Shown: one piece after another, positions 20,604-31,189 of the stretch
Position numbering within the stretch: position 1 is the stretch's first letter
Layout: each line of letters starts with the position of its first letter
NCBI GenBank assembly: GCA_963727455.1
Contig: CAVSGG010000017.1
Coordinates: 198,211-262,210, forward strand
Direction: 5' to 3'
Origin: Candidatus Krumholzibacteriota bacterium
Lineage (GTDB): Bacteria > Krumholzibacteriota > Krumholzibacteriia > JAJRXK01
Length of the DNA stretch: 64,000 nt
Position numbers and translations under genes: made by a program
The notes under the pieces: model-generated
Databases searched by the model: none
What the model was told of the DNA's origin: nothing
Seen by the model: only the letters and a program-made list of their open reading frames with translations

Positions 20604-20708
20604 GGCAAGAGGGAATCCTCAAATTGCTCCTTCCCGTGGGCGACTTGCCGCCAGCCGGAGTGCTATAGTGCTGCCGTCACACAAGTTCCAAGAAGCTCCG
20701 GAGATCTG

Positions 20709-22991
20709 ATGCGCCTTCGTTCCAGCGTTCTTTGCCTGGTGATCCTAGTTCTGGTCGGGCTGCCGAGCCTGGGTCAGGCGGCGCCCCCGCGCCAACGCTT
20801 GCGGGGACGCGTGCTCGACGAGAAGGGGGTGGGACTGGCCGGAGTCGAGGTCTTGGCGAGCGGGTTTTATCGGGAGACCCTGACGGCCAGTGACGGCAGC
20901 TTCGAGCTGAGCGGACTTCCCGAAGGTAGCGTGACGCTTCTCTTTCATCGCCTCGGCTACGCCACGCTCACCCGCGAGGTGGTGCTGCCGGCGCAGGGAG
21001 CTTTGGAAGTTTCGTTGCAGGAGACGCCCTTCACGCTGCCCGCTTTCGAGGTCACCGCAGCGCGTACCCCGCGACCCCTATTGGACTCTCCATTGCCCAG
21101 CGCGTTTTTGGGTCAAGCCACTTTGGCGCGAGAGTCGAGCATCTCCCTTGCCCATGCGTTGGAGAAATTGTCTGGAGTGCGTACGGTTTCCACCGGTGCT
21201 CAAATCGGAAAACCCATGGTGCGTGGACTCACTGGCTCGCGAGTGCTGGTGCTCTCCAATGGCCACCGGGTGGAGGATTACTCGTGGAGCGACGAGGATG
21301 GCCCCTCCGTCGATCCAGCCCTCGTAGGCCGGGTGGAGGTGATTCGAGGCCCCGCTTCACTGCTCTATGGTTCGGATGCAATCAGTGGCGTCGTGAACGC
21401 GATCGCGCCGGAATTGCCGCGCGCCGAAAGAAAGGAGTCCTTCGTCCGCGGAAAATTGGGCGGCTACTTTTCCTCGAATAGCCGTGGCGGCGGCGGCTGG
21501 CTGCGCCTGGAAGGAGCACGTGGGAACTTGGGCTGGAGAGTGGCGGGCACGGGTCGCTTCGCGGAAGCCCTGCACACCCCGGACGGGGAACTGGAGAACA
21601 CCGGATTTGGCGCAGTGACTGGCGATGCCGCTGCCTTGATCCGCGGGGAGGATAGAGAGCTTTCCCTGCAGATTTCTCACTACGGTGGCGAGTTCAAACT
21701 CTTGGAGGCGGGCGGCCCGCCCCCCGGAGTGCAGGAAGGGGAGGAGGAGGGACCGGAACGTAAAAGTTCGGATTGGCGCGTTCAGCTGGACGGGAAGCGG
21801 CAGCTCGGTGCCCTGCATCTCGAGACGAAGGCACAATGGGAGCGGCACTCGCTCATCGAATTGTCCGACGAGGCACTTGCAGACAGCACGGCCATTGCGC
21901 CCGCGACTTCCAGCGGCGGCAAGGAGCAGGAGGCATTTCACCTGCTGCTCGACAGCTTTTCGCTGGACTTGCTGGCACACCATCGAATCGGCGGGAAGCT
22001 CAACGGGACGGTGGGAGTCAGCGGCCTCTTGCAGTTCAACGATACGCAGGGTCCCATTCCGCTCGTACCCGATGCCTCGACCTCCTCGGCGGGAGCGTTT
22101 GTCTTCGAAGAGGCGCGTCTGGGGCGTTGGAGCGTATTGGGTGGAGCGCGGGCGGACGTGCGCAAGCTGAAGGCCGATGCGAATCCCGGTCTTGCGCTCG
22201 TAGCGGACGACGAGCGCGACTGGAGCGCCTTCTCCTCCGATATGGGAGCGGTCTTTCGCCCGCAGCGGCATCTGGCCCTCTCCGTGAATGCGGGACTGGC
22301 ATGGCGCGCTCCCACCCTCTTCGAGCTCTATGCCGACGGACCACAAATTGCCGAGGCGCGTTACCTGCGTGGCCGTGCTGATCTAAAGGCGGAGCACGCG
22401 CTGGATCTCGACGCGGGGGTGCGCTACGAAACCGAGCGGGTGAGAGCCGAGCTGTCGGTATACCGCAATCGCATCGACGATTTCGTCGCTCTTTCTCCCA
22501 CTGCAGGCATGATCGATGGGCTACGTCTGTGGGAATACGGACGGACCGACGCCATCCTCTCCGGCATGGAGGCGGGGCTGTCAGGGCCGGTCGGAGGACC
22601 CTTCCGGCTCTCCGGTCGTTTCGACACTGTGCGCGGCGAAGTCCGTGGAAGCGGAGATCCCTTGCCCTTGATTCCCCCGCCGCGCGGCGTGTTGGGCGCG
22701 GAAGCGGCGTGGCAAGAACTGAGTTGGGCTGAACAGTTTCAGGTGGGAGTCGAGATCGAGCTCGTGTCGCGAAAGCACCGTCTGGCGAGCGAGGAATTCT
22801 CGACCGCCGGATATGTGTTGCTCGCATGTGGGGCCGAGGTGAATCGGATGCTCAGGGGGCGCGAATGGGAGGTCTCCTTGCGAGTGAACAATCTTCTCGA
22901 CAAGCGGTATCGAGACTTCTTGAGCCGTTACAAGGAATTTGCCGACAATCCTGGAAGGGACGTGCGATTGAAATTAGGCACTTCGTTCTGA
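20709..22991 (+). CDS. TonB-dependent receptor with N-terminal carboxypeptidase-regulatory-like domain
   Basis: Signal peptide, LRGRVLDE...GxF, plug motif VEVIRGPASLLYGSDAISGVVN, NNLLDKRY...GR and C-terminal Phe. Confidence 0.93.
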   Translation: MRLRSSVLCLVILVLVGLPSLGQAAPPRQRLRGRVLDEKGVGLAGVEVLASGFYRETLTASDGSFELSGLPEGSVTLLFHRLGYATLTREVVLPAQGALEVSLQETPFTLPAFEVTAARTPRPLLDSPLPSAFLGQATLARESSISLAHALEKLSGVRTVSTGAQIGKPMVRGLTGSRVLVLSNGHRVEDYSWSDEDGPSVDPALVGRVEVIRGPASLLYGSDAISGVVNAIAPELPRAERKESFVRGKLGGYFSSNSRGGGGWLRLEGARGNLGWRVAGTGRFAEALHTPDGELENTGFGAVTGDAAALIRGEDRELSLQISHYGGEFKLLEAGGPPPGVQEGEEEGPERKSSDWRVQLDGKRQLGALHLETKAQWERHSLIELSDEALADSTAIAPATSSGGKEQEAFHLLLDSFSLDLLAHHRIGGKLNGTVGVSGLLQFNDTQGPIPLVPDASTSSAGAFVFEEARLGRWSVLGGARADVRKLKADANPGLALVADDERDWSAFSSDMGAVFRPQRHLALSVNAGLAWRAPTLFELYADGPQIAEARYLRGRADLKAEHALDLDAGVRYETERVRAELSVYRNRIDDFVALSPTAGMIDGLRLWEYGRTDAILSGMEAGLSGPVGGPFRLSGRFDTVRGEVRGSGDPLPLIPPPRGVLGAEAAWQELSWAEQFQVGVEIELVSRKHRLASEEFSTAGYVLLACGAEVNRMLRGREWEVSLRVNNLLDKRYRDFLSRYKEFADNPGRDVRLKLGTSF

Positions 22992-23093
22992 GGGAGCTTT
23001 TTCCTCGGGCCGGATAACTATCCACCCACTTGCTGCGTACCTACTAGACAGATCCTGCGCTGTCCCCTTCCCCAAAGGAGGCCATCCTGGCGC

Positions 23094-23991
23094 ATGCGAC
23101 CTCTTCCTACATGCCGTCTTCTCCTTGTGTTGCTCGTCCTTCCCCTCTTTTCACTTTGCTCTGCTTGCGCCAAGTCCTCGCACCAGCCGTCGCAGGGGAT
23201 GCGCAAGGAAGTACGGATCGTATCACACGGCGACACTCTAGCCGCCTCGCTCATCCTACCCGCGGGAAAGGGCCCGTTTCCGGCCGCCGTCATTGTCCAC
23301 GGATCGGGAAGCAGTCCGCGGGCAAACCCGTGGACCAAAGCCTATGTGGAGGCTCTGGTAGAGCGTGGGGTTGCCGTGCTCTATCCGGACAAGCGCGGCT
23401 CGGGAGGTTCCCAGGGCGACTGGCAGATGGCCAGCTTCGCGATCTTGGCCGACGACGCTCTCTTTGAAGGTGAAGTTCGTGGTCGACGTCTCGGGGTCAG
23501 TGGTTCCTCTACGCGAGCAGATCGGCGATGAAATCAGGCAGACCGCGCTGGCCGAGGGGCGCAGCGAGGAGGAGCTGAAAACTCTGCGAGAACTCAACGA
23601 GTTGGGCATGCGCTACGCCCTGCAGGATGAGGGCTGGCAAGAGTACTCCGGCGCACTAATTGCGGCCAAGCACACGAGTCTGAAGGACAGCGAAGTGCTC
23701 GGCGGGTTCCCCGAAACCCGGGATCACCCCATCTGGGGCTTTTTACGGACGGTGGGAGATTTCGATCCCTTGCCCTACTGGGAGAAAGTGAAGGTTCCGG
23801 CGCTCTTTCTCTACGGCGGTAGAGATCGGAACGTCGACACCCGCAAGAGCGCGGCCATCGTGGAGAACACCCTCTTCTCCCCCGAGAAGAGCCTCTCGCT
23901 CCTCTTCTTCGGGAAGAACGGCCACGGACTCTTCCGGGACGATGCGATGGACTTTCTCGTGCGCTGGATCGGGGACAAAGGTATCGACTGA
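23094..23991 (+). pseudogene. Alpha/beta hydrolase lipoprotein with internal deletion and frameshift
   Basis: 5' frame has VHGSG, YPDKRGSGGS, LADDAL; a different frame resumes at ~23465 with VKFVVDVSGS...VPALFLYGGRD...GHGL. The expected GxSxG segment is absent. Confidence 0.75.
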
Positions 23992-24081
23992 GTTTCGCCG
24001 GGCGGGAACTCGCTACTCTGTGCTATGTTCCAAAGAACGGAAGGACACTGCTCGCGCCCCTCACTCCGACACACGCCGGCC

Positions 24082-26538
24082 ATGGACGACAAGACCCTCG
24101 ATCTCAATCAAGGCGACGACGAGCCCATCAAACCGCAAAGGATAGATGCGGCCTCCGAACTCTCGCGGAAGATCGGTCATTACCGCCTCATTCGCCTGAT
24201 CGGCGAAGGTGGAATGGGACAGGTCTACGAGGCAGAACAGGTCGAGCCGCTCAAGCGCAAAGTCGCGCTCAAGATCGTCAAGCGAGGTATGGACACGAAC
24301 GAATTCGTGGCTCGCTTCGATTCCGAACGACAGGCCCTGGCGCTCATGGACCATCCCGCGATCGCCACCGTCTACGACGCCGGAACGACCGAGGGGGGCC
24401 GTCCCTACTTCGTCATGGAGTATGTGGAAGGCGAGCCGCTCATCGACTACTGCGACCGCAAACGTCTCACGATTCGGCAAAGGCTAGAACTCTTCGTTCA
24501 CGTCTGCGAAGGCGTTCAGCATGCTCACCAGAAGATCATCATTCATCGCGACCTCAAGCCGTCCAACGTACTGGTCACGGAGATCGACGGGAATCCCATT
24601 CCCAAGATCATCGACTTCGGAGTGGCCAAGGTCACCGATAGCTCGGTGTTCGATAACACGATGTCGACGTTCGCGGGGCAACTTATCGGGACGCCCCAAT
24701 ACATGAGTCCCGAACAAGCGGACGCGACCGGCCAGGGCATCGACATCCGTGTCGACGTCTACGCGCTCGGAGTGATTCTCTACGAGCTCTTGGTGGGACA
24801 GCTTCCGTTCCCCGCCGAACGCTGGGAGAACATCGGCCTCAGCGAGATGCTGCGGATCATCCGGGAGGAAGAGCCACCCCCGCCGAGCTTCCGGGCCAAG
24901 GAGTTGCTCGCCTCCGGTGAGCTCTTCGATGCCATTGCCGCTGGGCGTAGACTCGATCCCAGTGCTCTCGCCAAGAGCCTGCGTGGTGACCTGGACTGGA
25001 TCACCATGCGGGCGCTGGAGAAGGACCGTACCCGCCGCTATGAAACGGTCATGGGGCTTTCCGTCGACGTCCAGCGCCATTTGAAAGACATTCCGATCAG
25101 TGCGCGTCCACCAAGCAAGGTGTACACGACGAAGAAGTTCATTCGGCGGCACCGTACCGGCGTCATGGCCGGTGGCTTCGTGGTGCTCGCGGTTCTTCTG
25201 GGAATCGTTGGTACCACGACGGGGATGATCCGCGCCGTGCGCGCGGAACGCGCCGCCAACCAAGAGGCGGAAACGGCGACCAAGGTGACTGACTTTCTGG
25301 TCAACCTCTTCGAGGTTTCCGATCCCGATCACACGCGCGGCAACACCATCACCGCGCGCGAGATTCTCGATCAGGGTTCCGAGCGCATCTCGAAAGAACT
25401 GGCGGGTCAGCCCGAAACGGGCGCGCGCCTGATGAACACTATCGGCAAGGTGTACATGAACCTCGGCCTGTACGACGAGGCGGAGCCCAAGCTGAGCAAG
25501 GCGGTGGACTTGCGCCGCTCGGTGACCGGTGCGAACGATCCCCGGGTGGCTGGTTTCCAAGCCGACCTCGCCGACTTGTACATCGATCAGGGACGCTATC
25601 CCGAAGCACAGAAGATGCTGGAGCAGGCTCTCACCAAGATGGAGAGCAGCGGCAAGGTGAGCGAGCTCAAGATCGCCGACAGCATGAACGAATTGGCGGG
25701 GGCACTACGCCGCCAGGGCGAGTACGATGCCGCGCAACCACTCTATGAGCGGGCCCGGGAAATTCGGGTCAAGGAACTGGGGAAGGATGACCCCGCCGTC
25801 GCGAGTAGCGACAACAGCCTGGCCATCCTGAATTGGAACAAGGGCCAGTTCGACCAAGCGGAGCGGCTGTACAAGCAGGCGCTCTCCATTTGGGAGAATG
25901 CCTACGGCGAAAACCACTCGGATGTCGCCAAGGGGCTGAACAACCTGGCTCTCCTTTACCATCACCTCGAGCGCTACGACGAGGCTATTCCGCTCTACCT
26001 GCGGGCGATCAAGATTTACGAGAAGATCCTCGGACCCGAACATCCACGACTCGCGTTGGCTCTGAACAATCTCGCATTGGCGTACTCCGAACAGAAGAAT
26101 TACCCGCTCGCGAGAAAATATTATGAGCGTGCACTGGCCATTCGCGAGAAAGTGCTGGGGTCAGATCATCCGGACGTGGCCCAGACTCTCAATAATTTGG
26201 CCAACCTCGACCGGGACCAAGGTCAATACGCGACTGCAGAGTCTCTATACCATCGTGCGCTAGCCATCCGTACCTCCGCCCTGGGCGCGGACCACCCCGA
26301 TGTCGCCTGGAGCTTGCGCGATCTCGGCGTTCTCGCGGCCGACCGGGGGCGGTTCGCGGTCGCCGACAGCATTTTCACCAAAGCTACCGGCATTCTTACC
26401 GCCGCCTTGGGACCCAAGCATCCTGATCTGGCCGAAGTGCTCGACGAACACGCGGCGACTCTGGCCAAGCTCGGGGAAAGAACGGCTGCGGACAGCCTTC
26501 GTTCTCGGGCGGCCGCAATCCGGGCGGACAATCCATGA
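24082..26538 (+). CDS. Membrane Ser/Thr protein kinase with kinesin-light-chain-type TPR repeats
   Basis: GEGGMGQVY, HRDLKPSN, DFG, GTPQYMSPEQ, LRGDLDWI; one TM segment; repeated 42-aa LG.DHP.VA..LNNLA units. Confidence 0.93.
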   Translation: MDDKTLDLNQGDDEPIKPQRIDAASELSRKIGHYRLIRLIGEGGMGQVYEAEQVEPLKRKVALKIVKRGMDTNEFVARFDSERQALALMDHPAIATVYDAGTTEGGRPYFVMEYVEGEPLIDYCDRKRLTIRQRLELFVHVCEGVQHAHQKIIIHRDLKPSNVLVTEIDGNPIPKIIDFGVAKVTDSSVFDNTMSTFAGQLIGTPQYMSPEQADATGQGIDIRVDVYALGVILYELLVGQLPFPAERWENIGLSEMLRIIREEEPPPPSFRAKELLASGELFDAIAAGRRLDPSALAKSLRGDLDWITMRALEKDRTRRYETVMGLSVDVQRHLKDIPISARPPSKVYTTKKFIRRHRTGVMAGGFVVLAVLLGIVGTTTGMIRAVRAERAANQEAETATKVTDFLVNLFEVSDPDHTRGNTITAREILDQGSERISKELAGQPETGARLMNTIGKVYMNLGLYDEAEPKLSKAVDLRRSVTGANDPRVAGFQADLADLYIDQGRYPEAQKMLEQALTKMESSGKVSELKIADSMNELAGALRRQGEYDAAQPLYERAREIRVKELGKDDPAVASSDNSLAILNWNKGQFDQAERLYKQALSIWENAYGENHSDVAKGLNNLALLYHHLERYDEAIPLYLRAIKIYEKILGPEHPRLALALNNLALAYSEQKNYPLARKYYERALAIREKVLGSDHPDVAQTLNNLANLDRDQGQYATAESLYHRALAIRTSALGADHPDVAWSLRDLGVLAADRGRFAVADSIFTKATGILTAALGPKHPDLAEVLDEHAATLAKLGERTAADSLRSRAAAIRADNP

Positions 26539-26697
26539 ACGTTGCAATGCGCCTCCGAAACTGCTAGCCTCATAAAGTCTTACGGCTTGCACACGCCCGC
26601 GACTGCCAGTCTCAGAAATACCGTTTTGCTTCACACGGTACCTTCCGTGGCCAGCGGTACGGCGATCCAACGCACGACACGATCATCTGGGGGCACC

Positions 26698-28045
26698 ATG
26701 AAGTCCGCGCGTATCACCTTCGTACTTTTGACCTTCGTTCTGTTGAATCTCGTCGCATGCTCGGGACAACAGACGCCGACCGAAGTTCCCACTGCGGTTC
26801 AGGTAAGTTCCTTGAATCACGCGGTGATGTCGACGAGTTCCACGTTTCCCGCGATCCTTATCAACAACGTGTGGGTTCAATTCGACGGGCGAACTGTCGA
26901 TTCCAGAGGAACCACATTCAGTTACACGCTCACTGCTACTGGGATTGGATCCGACCCGACCCACTTCACGGTACAGATTCCCGAGTGTACGGACGATCCG
27001 GTCGCGTATTCACCCACCAATTCGGTGAGCATCAACTACGACCCCACCACAGAGCTCTACGGGATCGACTGGCATCTGAACTTCGATTCAAGCAATCCGA
27101 CCCCGCTTCAATACTCGGTCACCTTCCCCGGCGAGGTTCCCCTGGGCGAGGTGAGTGGGGCCATTCGGAGTGGCGACGAACGAACGGTCGGAACCATTCC
27201 CGGACCCTGTGCTGGTTACGATATCTCCGGAAAAGTGTTCACCGATGCCAACCAGAACGCGTTCTGGATCCGACGAGTCGGGAATTGCCAACGTAGTCGT
27301 GGAATTGGTCGACTCGGAAGGGCACGTGTTCAGACCACCACGACCGACTACAGCGGAGCCTACGTCTTCCGCAAAGCGGCGGGTAGCTATATGGTGCGGA
27401 TTCCCTCCGACGGGAGCGCCTATCCGGGATCGTTCAACGGTCAACTCGCCGATTCTTTCGATCCCACGACCCCACTCAGCTTCGACGCGACGGTACCGCC
27501 CGAGTCGACAGGCAACGACTTCGGCTTCCATCCTCAAACCCAGGAACTCATTTTCAACTTGGAATCAGGAACGCTTGCTGAGCGATGGTGAGTCGGTGAA
27601 GTACTGGAAGAAGACCCTGCAGGGCGCGCTGAACAACAGTCATCCGCCGGGAGGCTACGATCCCCAGACGGTCGTGGGCTTCGTTGAAGAGGTTCGCGGG
27701 CTCTTCCTGCAGGATCCCTACGACTTCGCGGACGGTTACGAGGGCGTGCAGCAGGCCTTCGAGATCCTGAAGGATCATTACAAGGACGAGGTCGACATTC
27801 TGTGGCAGGAACTCTTAGCCACCGAGCTCAACCAGGTCTCGGGTCGGGGACTGGTCAGTCAGCCCGGGCTACAGCTGGCGCTCATATCCTGGGGTGAGTC
27901 GCTCATCGTGGAAGCATGGAACAGCGCTCAGACCGCTCAGAGCGATGCGATCGTTCCCTACGGCTTATCCTCGGGAGGTCTCAGCGACGCCATCTCCCTG
28001 TTCCAGCTGATGAATACCGGTGGAGGCGGCAGCGTAGACGAGTAG
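26698..28045 (+). pseudogene. Secreted lipoprotein with SdrD-B/Cna-B-like domain, interrupted by 3-4 single-base indels (pseudogene or assembly errors)
   Basis: Lipobox LVA-C. ISGKVFTDANQN[G]VLD[P]DESGIANVVVELVDSEG..QTTTTDYSGAY can be rebuilt only by switching frames at ~27259-27271, ~27326 and ~27575. Confidence 0.7.
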
Positions 28046-28054
28046 GGGTCGAGT

Positions 28055-29413
28055 TTGGCGCGAATCTTCGGCTTTCGTTCCACGAGCCCGCCCGCGATTC
28101 TGTTTTGGATCGCGAGCGGGCTTCTTCTCATTCTCACCAGTGGAGCGTGTGGCCGAAGTTCTCATTCGAGCGCGTCGCAAGATTCCCTCAGCGTATGGGC
28201 GCACGCTGGTCGCGCCGATGAGCGCGAGATTCTCGAGCGTCAAGTCCGCCGCTTCAACGCCGAGAATCCAAAATTCCAAGTTCTGCTCACATTTTTGCCC
28301 GAAGGATCCTACAACGGTCAGGTACAGGCCGCGGCGATCGCGGGCGAGCTGCCCGCCCTGCTCGAGCTCGATGGTCCCTATGTCGCAAACTACGCCTGGC
28401 AGGGAAAGCTCCGCGCATTGGATGCCCTGCTGAGTCAGAAGCTGCGGGGCGACTTGCTTCCCTCGCTCATCGCGCAGGGGACCTATCGCGACAGTCTCTA
28501 CGCGATCGGGACTTTTGATTCGGGGCTGGGTCTCTACGCGCACCGCAATGCTCTTGAAGCGGTGGGGGCGAGGATCCCTCACTCTGCCGCCGAGGCCTGG
28601 ACTGTGCAGGAATTCGAAGAGACTCTGGCTGCGCTCGCAGGAAACGACCCTGACGGCATGGTGCTCGATCTCGGTCTGAACAACATCGGGGAATGGTACA
28701 GCTACGGCTTTTCGCCGATCCTCAAATCGGCCGGCGGAGATCTCGTCACGCGCGGGGACTCGTTGCGAGCCGAGGGAATCTTGGATGGTCCCCAGTCGAT
28801 CGCGGCCCTGCAGCATCTCCAAGATTGGATCGTGCACGGATACGTCGATCCCAATCTCGACGATGCGGCGTTTCCCGAAGGGAGAGTTGCGCTGTCCTGG
28901 AGTGGACACTGGAAGTTCAGCAGCTACTGTCCCAAGGGAGATTGCGGAGACGTGATACTATTGCCTTTGCCTGATTTCGGGCGTGGCTCGCGTACCGGCC
29001 AAGGTTCCTGGTGCTGGACCATCACGAGGGATTGTAAAGTTCCGGCCCGGGCCATGGCTTTTCTTCAGTTTCTGCTGCGCACGCCGGAGATTTTGGCCAT
29101 GACGAACGCCAATCATGCCGTGCCCGGTACGAAGAGCGCGGTGGCCGCGTCCGCCGACTACGGTGCAACTGGCCCCCTGCATCTCTTTGCCGCGCAGTTG
29201 AACGGGGGATACGCCGTGCCACGCCCACGGACTCCGGCTTATCCCATCATCAGCTCCGCATTTCAAAAGGCGGTTTTGGATATTCGGGCCGGCGGACCGG
29301 TGCGGGAAACACTTCATCGCGCAGCGCGGGTAATCGATCAGGACCTCGCCGACAACCAAGGGTATCGGGATCCGAGAGCCGTATCCAAGGCCAAGGGGGA
29401 AGGTGAACGGTGA
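28055..29413 (+). CDS. Sugar ABC transporter substrate-binding lipoprotein
   Basis: Lipobox SGA-C; LELDGPYVANYAWQG, GQGSW, PRPRTPAYP (CUT1-family SBP). Confidence 0.9.
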   Translation: MARIFGFRSTSPPAILFWIASGLLLILTSGACGRSSHSSASQDSLSVWAHAGRADEREILERQVRRFNAENPKFQVLLTFLPEGSYNGQVQAAAIAGELPALLELDGPYVANYAWQGKLRALDALLSQKLRGDLLPSLIAQGTYRDSLYAIGTFDSGLGLYAHRNALEAVGARIPHSAAEAWTVQEFEETLAALAGNDPDGMVLDLGLNNIGEWYSYGFSPILKSAGGDLVTRGDSLRAEGILDGPQSIAALQHLQDWIVHGYVDPNLDDAAFPEGRVALSWSGHWKFSSYCPKGDCGDVILLPLPDFGRGSRTGQGSWCWTITRDCKVPARAMAFLQFLLRTPEILAMTNANHAVPGTKSAVAASADYGATGPLHLFAAQLNGGYAVPRPRTPAYPIISSAFQKAVLDIRAGGPVRETLHRAARVIDQDLADNQGYRDPRAVSKAKGEGER

Positions 29414-30324
29414 GTCCCGGGTCCTTCTCGCTCGCGGGGAATCGTGCCGATGCGCGGGTCGCTTGGCTCTTGGTGACGCCGGCGCTGTTGGGACTGTTTC
29501 TCTTCGTCGCGGTTCCCTTTGCTCTGGCTGTGGTCATTTCCCTGACCAATCTCCGCCTCGGCGCGCCCCTGGCTCTGGAGTTCGTGGGGCTCCGCCAGTA
29601 CTTCCGCATCTTCGGTGATCCCGCATTCTTGCGGGCCCTTTGGAACAACTCGCTCTTCGCTCTCATCGTGGTTCCGGTTCAGACCTCGCTCGCTTTGGCT
29701 CTCGCGCTTTTCCTGAACCGCAAGCTGCGGGGCATGGTCGTGTTTCGCACGCTGTTCTTCATGCCCGTCGTGTTTCCGCTCTCTTTGGTTGCGGTGGTGT
29801 GGATTCTGATCTTTGCTCCAGGAGCGAACGGCATGATGAACGCGTTTCTCAGCCGCATCAGCTTTGGAGCTTGGTCAGCGCACGACTTTCTGCGCGATCC
29901 CCACTTCGCGCTGCCGGCCATCATGCTCACCTCCATTTGGCAGGGCACCGGCTTCCAGATGGTCATTTTGTTGGCCGGTCTGCAGTCCATTCCGCAGCAG
30001 CTCTACGATGCCGCACAGATCGACGGGGCAAATGCCTGGCGCCGTTTTTGGTACATTACTCTGCCCCAGCTGCGCAATCCGCTGACCTTCGTGGTGATCG
30101 TCACCTCCATTCTCTCCTTTCGCGTCTTCGATCAGGTGCGGGTAATGACGCAAGGCGGGCCCGCTGACGCTTCGACGACCGTCATTTTCGAAGCAGTCCG
30201 TAGCGCCTTCGATCGTGCCGAAGTGGCCCGGGGTGCTGCCATGACCGTGGTATTCTTCGTTCTGGTTCTGACTCTCACGCTTTTCTTGCGAAGGGTATTC
30301 AAGCAGGAGGGGGAGCTTTCGTGA
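29410..30324 (+). CDS. Carbohydrate ABC transporter permease
   Basis: EAA loop LYDAAQIDGA...ITLPQLR; several TM segments. Confidence 0.93.
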   Translation: MSPGSFSLAGNRADARVAWLLVTPALLGLFLFVAVPFALAVVISLTNLRLGAPLALEFVGLRQYFRIFGDPAFLRALWNNSLFALIVVPVQTSLALALALFLNRKLRGMVVFRTLFFMPVVFPLSLVAVVWILIFAPGANGMMNAFLSRISFGAWSAHDFLRDPHFALPAIMLTSIWQGTGFQMVILLAGLQSIPQQLYDAAQIDGANAWRRFWYITLPQLRNPLTFVVIVTSILSFRVFDQVRVMTQGGPADASTTVIFEAVRSAFDRAEVARGAAMTVVFFVLVLTLTLFLRRVFKQEGELS

Positions 30325-31187
30325 GCGGTGGACCGGGTAAAAGCAGTGGCGCATCAGCTCGTGGAGTCGTGCGCCGACTCTTAGTGTGGCTGGCCCTTTC
30401 GATTGCGGCCCTACTCTGGATCTCTCCGCTGCTTTTCATGGTGGTGGGGAGCCTGAAGCCCGATGCGCGAGTTTTGCCCGAGGCCGGCAGCCGCTGGGCC
30501 TTCATTCCCCGCGTAGCCTCACTGGACAACTATCGGGACGTCTTCGCGCGCGTACCCTTCCTCATCTACCTGCGCAACTCGGCATGGATCAACGGACTCA
30601 TCGTTGGTCTCGGTCTCATCGTGAATTCGCTGGCGGGATATGCCTTGGCCCGCCTGCGCTGGCCGGGACGGCGAGTAGTCTTGACGCTAGTGCTCGCTCT
30701 GCTCGTGGTGCCTTTCGAGGCGATCGCCGTACCGCTCTTCTACCAATTCTCCAGCCTGGGGATGCGCGATTCCTTCACCGTGCAGGTACTGCCATTCGTG
30801 GCGTTTCCACTCTCGATCTATCTGTTCTACAGCTTTTTCTTGGGCCTGCCCAAGGAGCTGGAAGAGTCCGCCCGGGTGGATGGTGCCGGTGTGTTGCGCA
30901 CTTTCTGGTTGATCATCGTTCCCAATTCCAAACCAGCATTCGCCAGCGTGGCGATCATCAGTTTCTTATCGTTCTGGGGTCTGTACCTGTGGCCACTCTT
31001 GATGACCACCGGTCCTCAAGTGCGCCCCTTGCCGCTGGCGATTGCCACCTTCCAAACGCTTCCCCCACTGCAATGGGGTGACATTCTAGCCTTCGGAGTG
31101 ATGATGGTCGCACCGGTACTCGTGGTGTTCTTGGCATTTCAGAGATGGTTCGTCCGTGGGGTAGCAAGCAGTGGAATCAAAGGGTAG
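30321..31187 (+). CDS. Carbohydrate ABC transporter permease
   Basis: ELEESARVDGA loop; AFQRWFVRGVASSGIKG C-terminus. Confidence 0.93.
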   Translation: MSGGPGKSSGASARGVVRRLLVWLALSIAALLWISPLLFMVVGSLKPDARVLPEAGSRWAFIPRVASLDNYRDVFARVPFLIYLRNSAWINGLIVGLGLIVNSLAGYALARLRWPGRRVVLTLVLALLVVPFEAIAVPLFYQFSSLGMRDSFTVQVLPFVAFPLSIYLFYSFFLGLPKELEESARVDGAGVLRTFWLIIVPNSKPAFASVAIISFLSFWGLYLWPLLMTTGPQVRPLPLAIATFQTLPPLQWGDILAFGVMMVAPVLVVFLAFQRWFVRGVASSGIKG

Positions 31188-31189
31188 TT

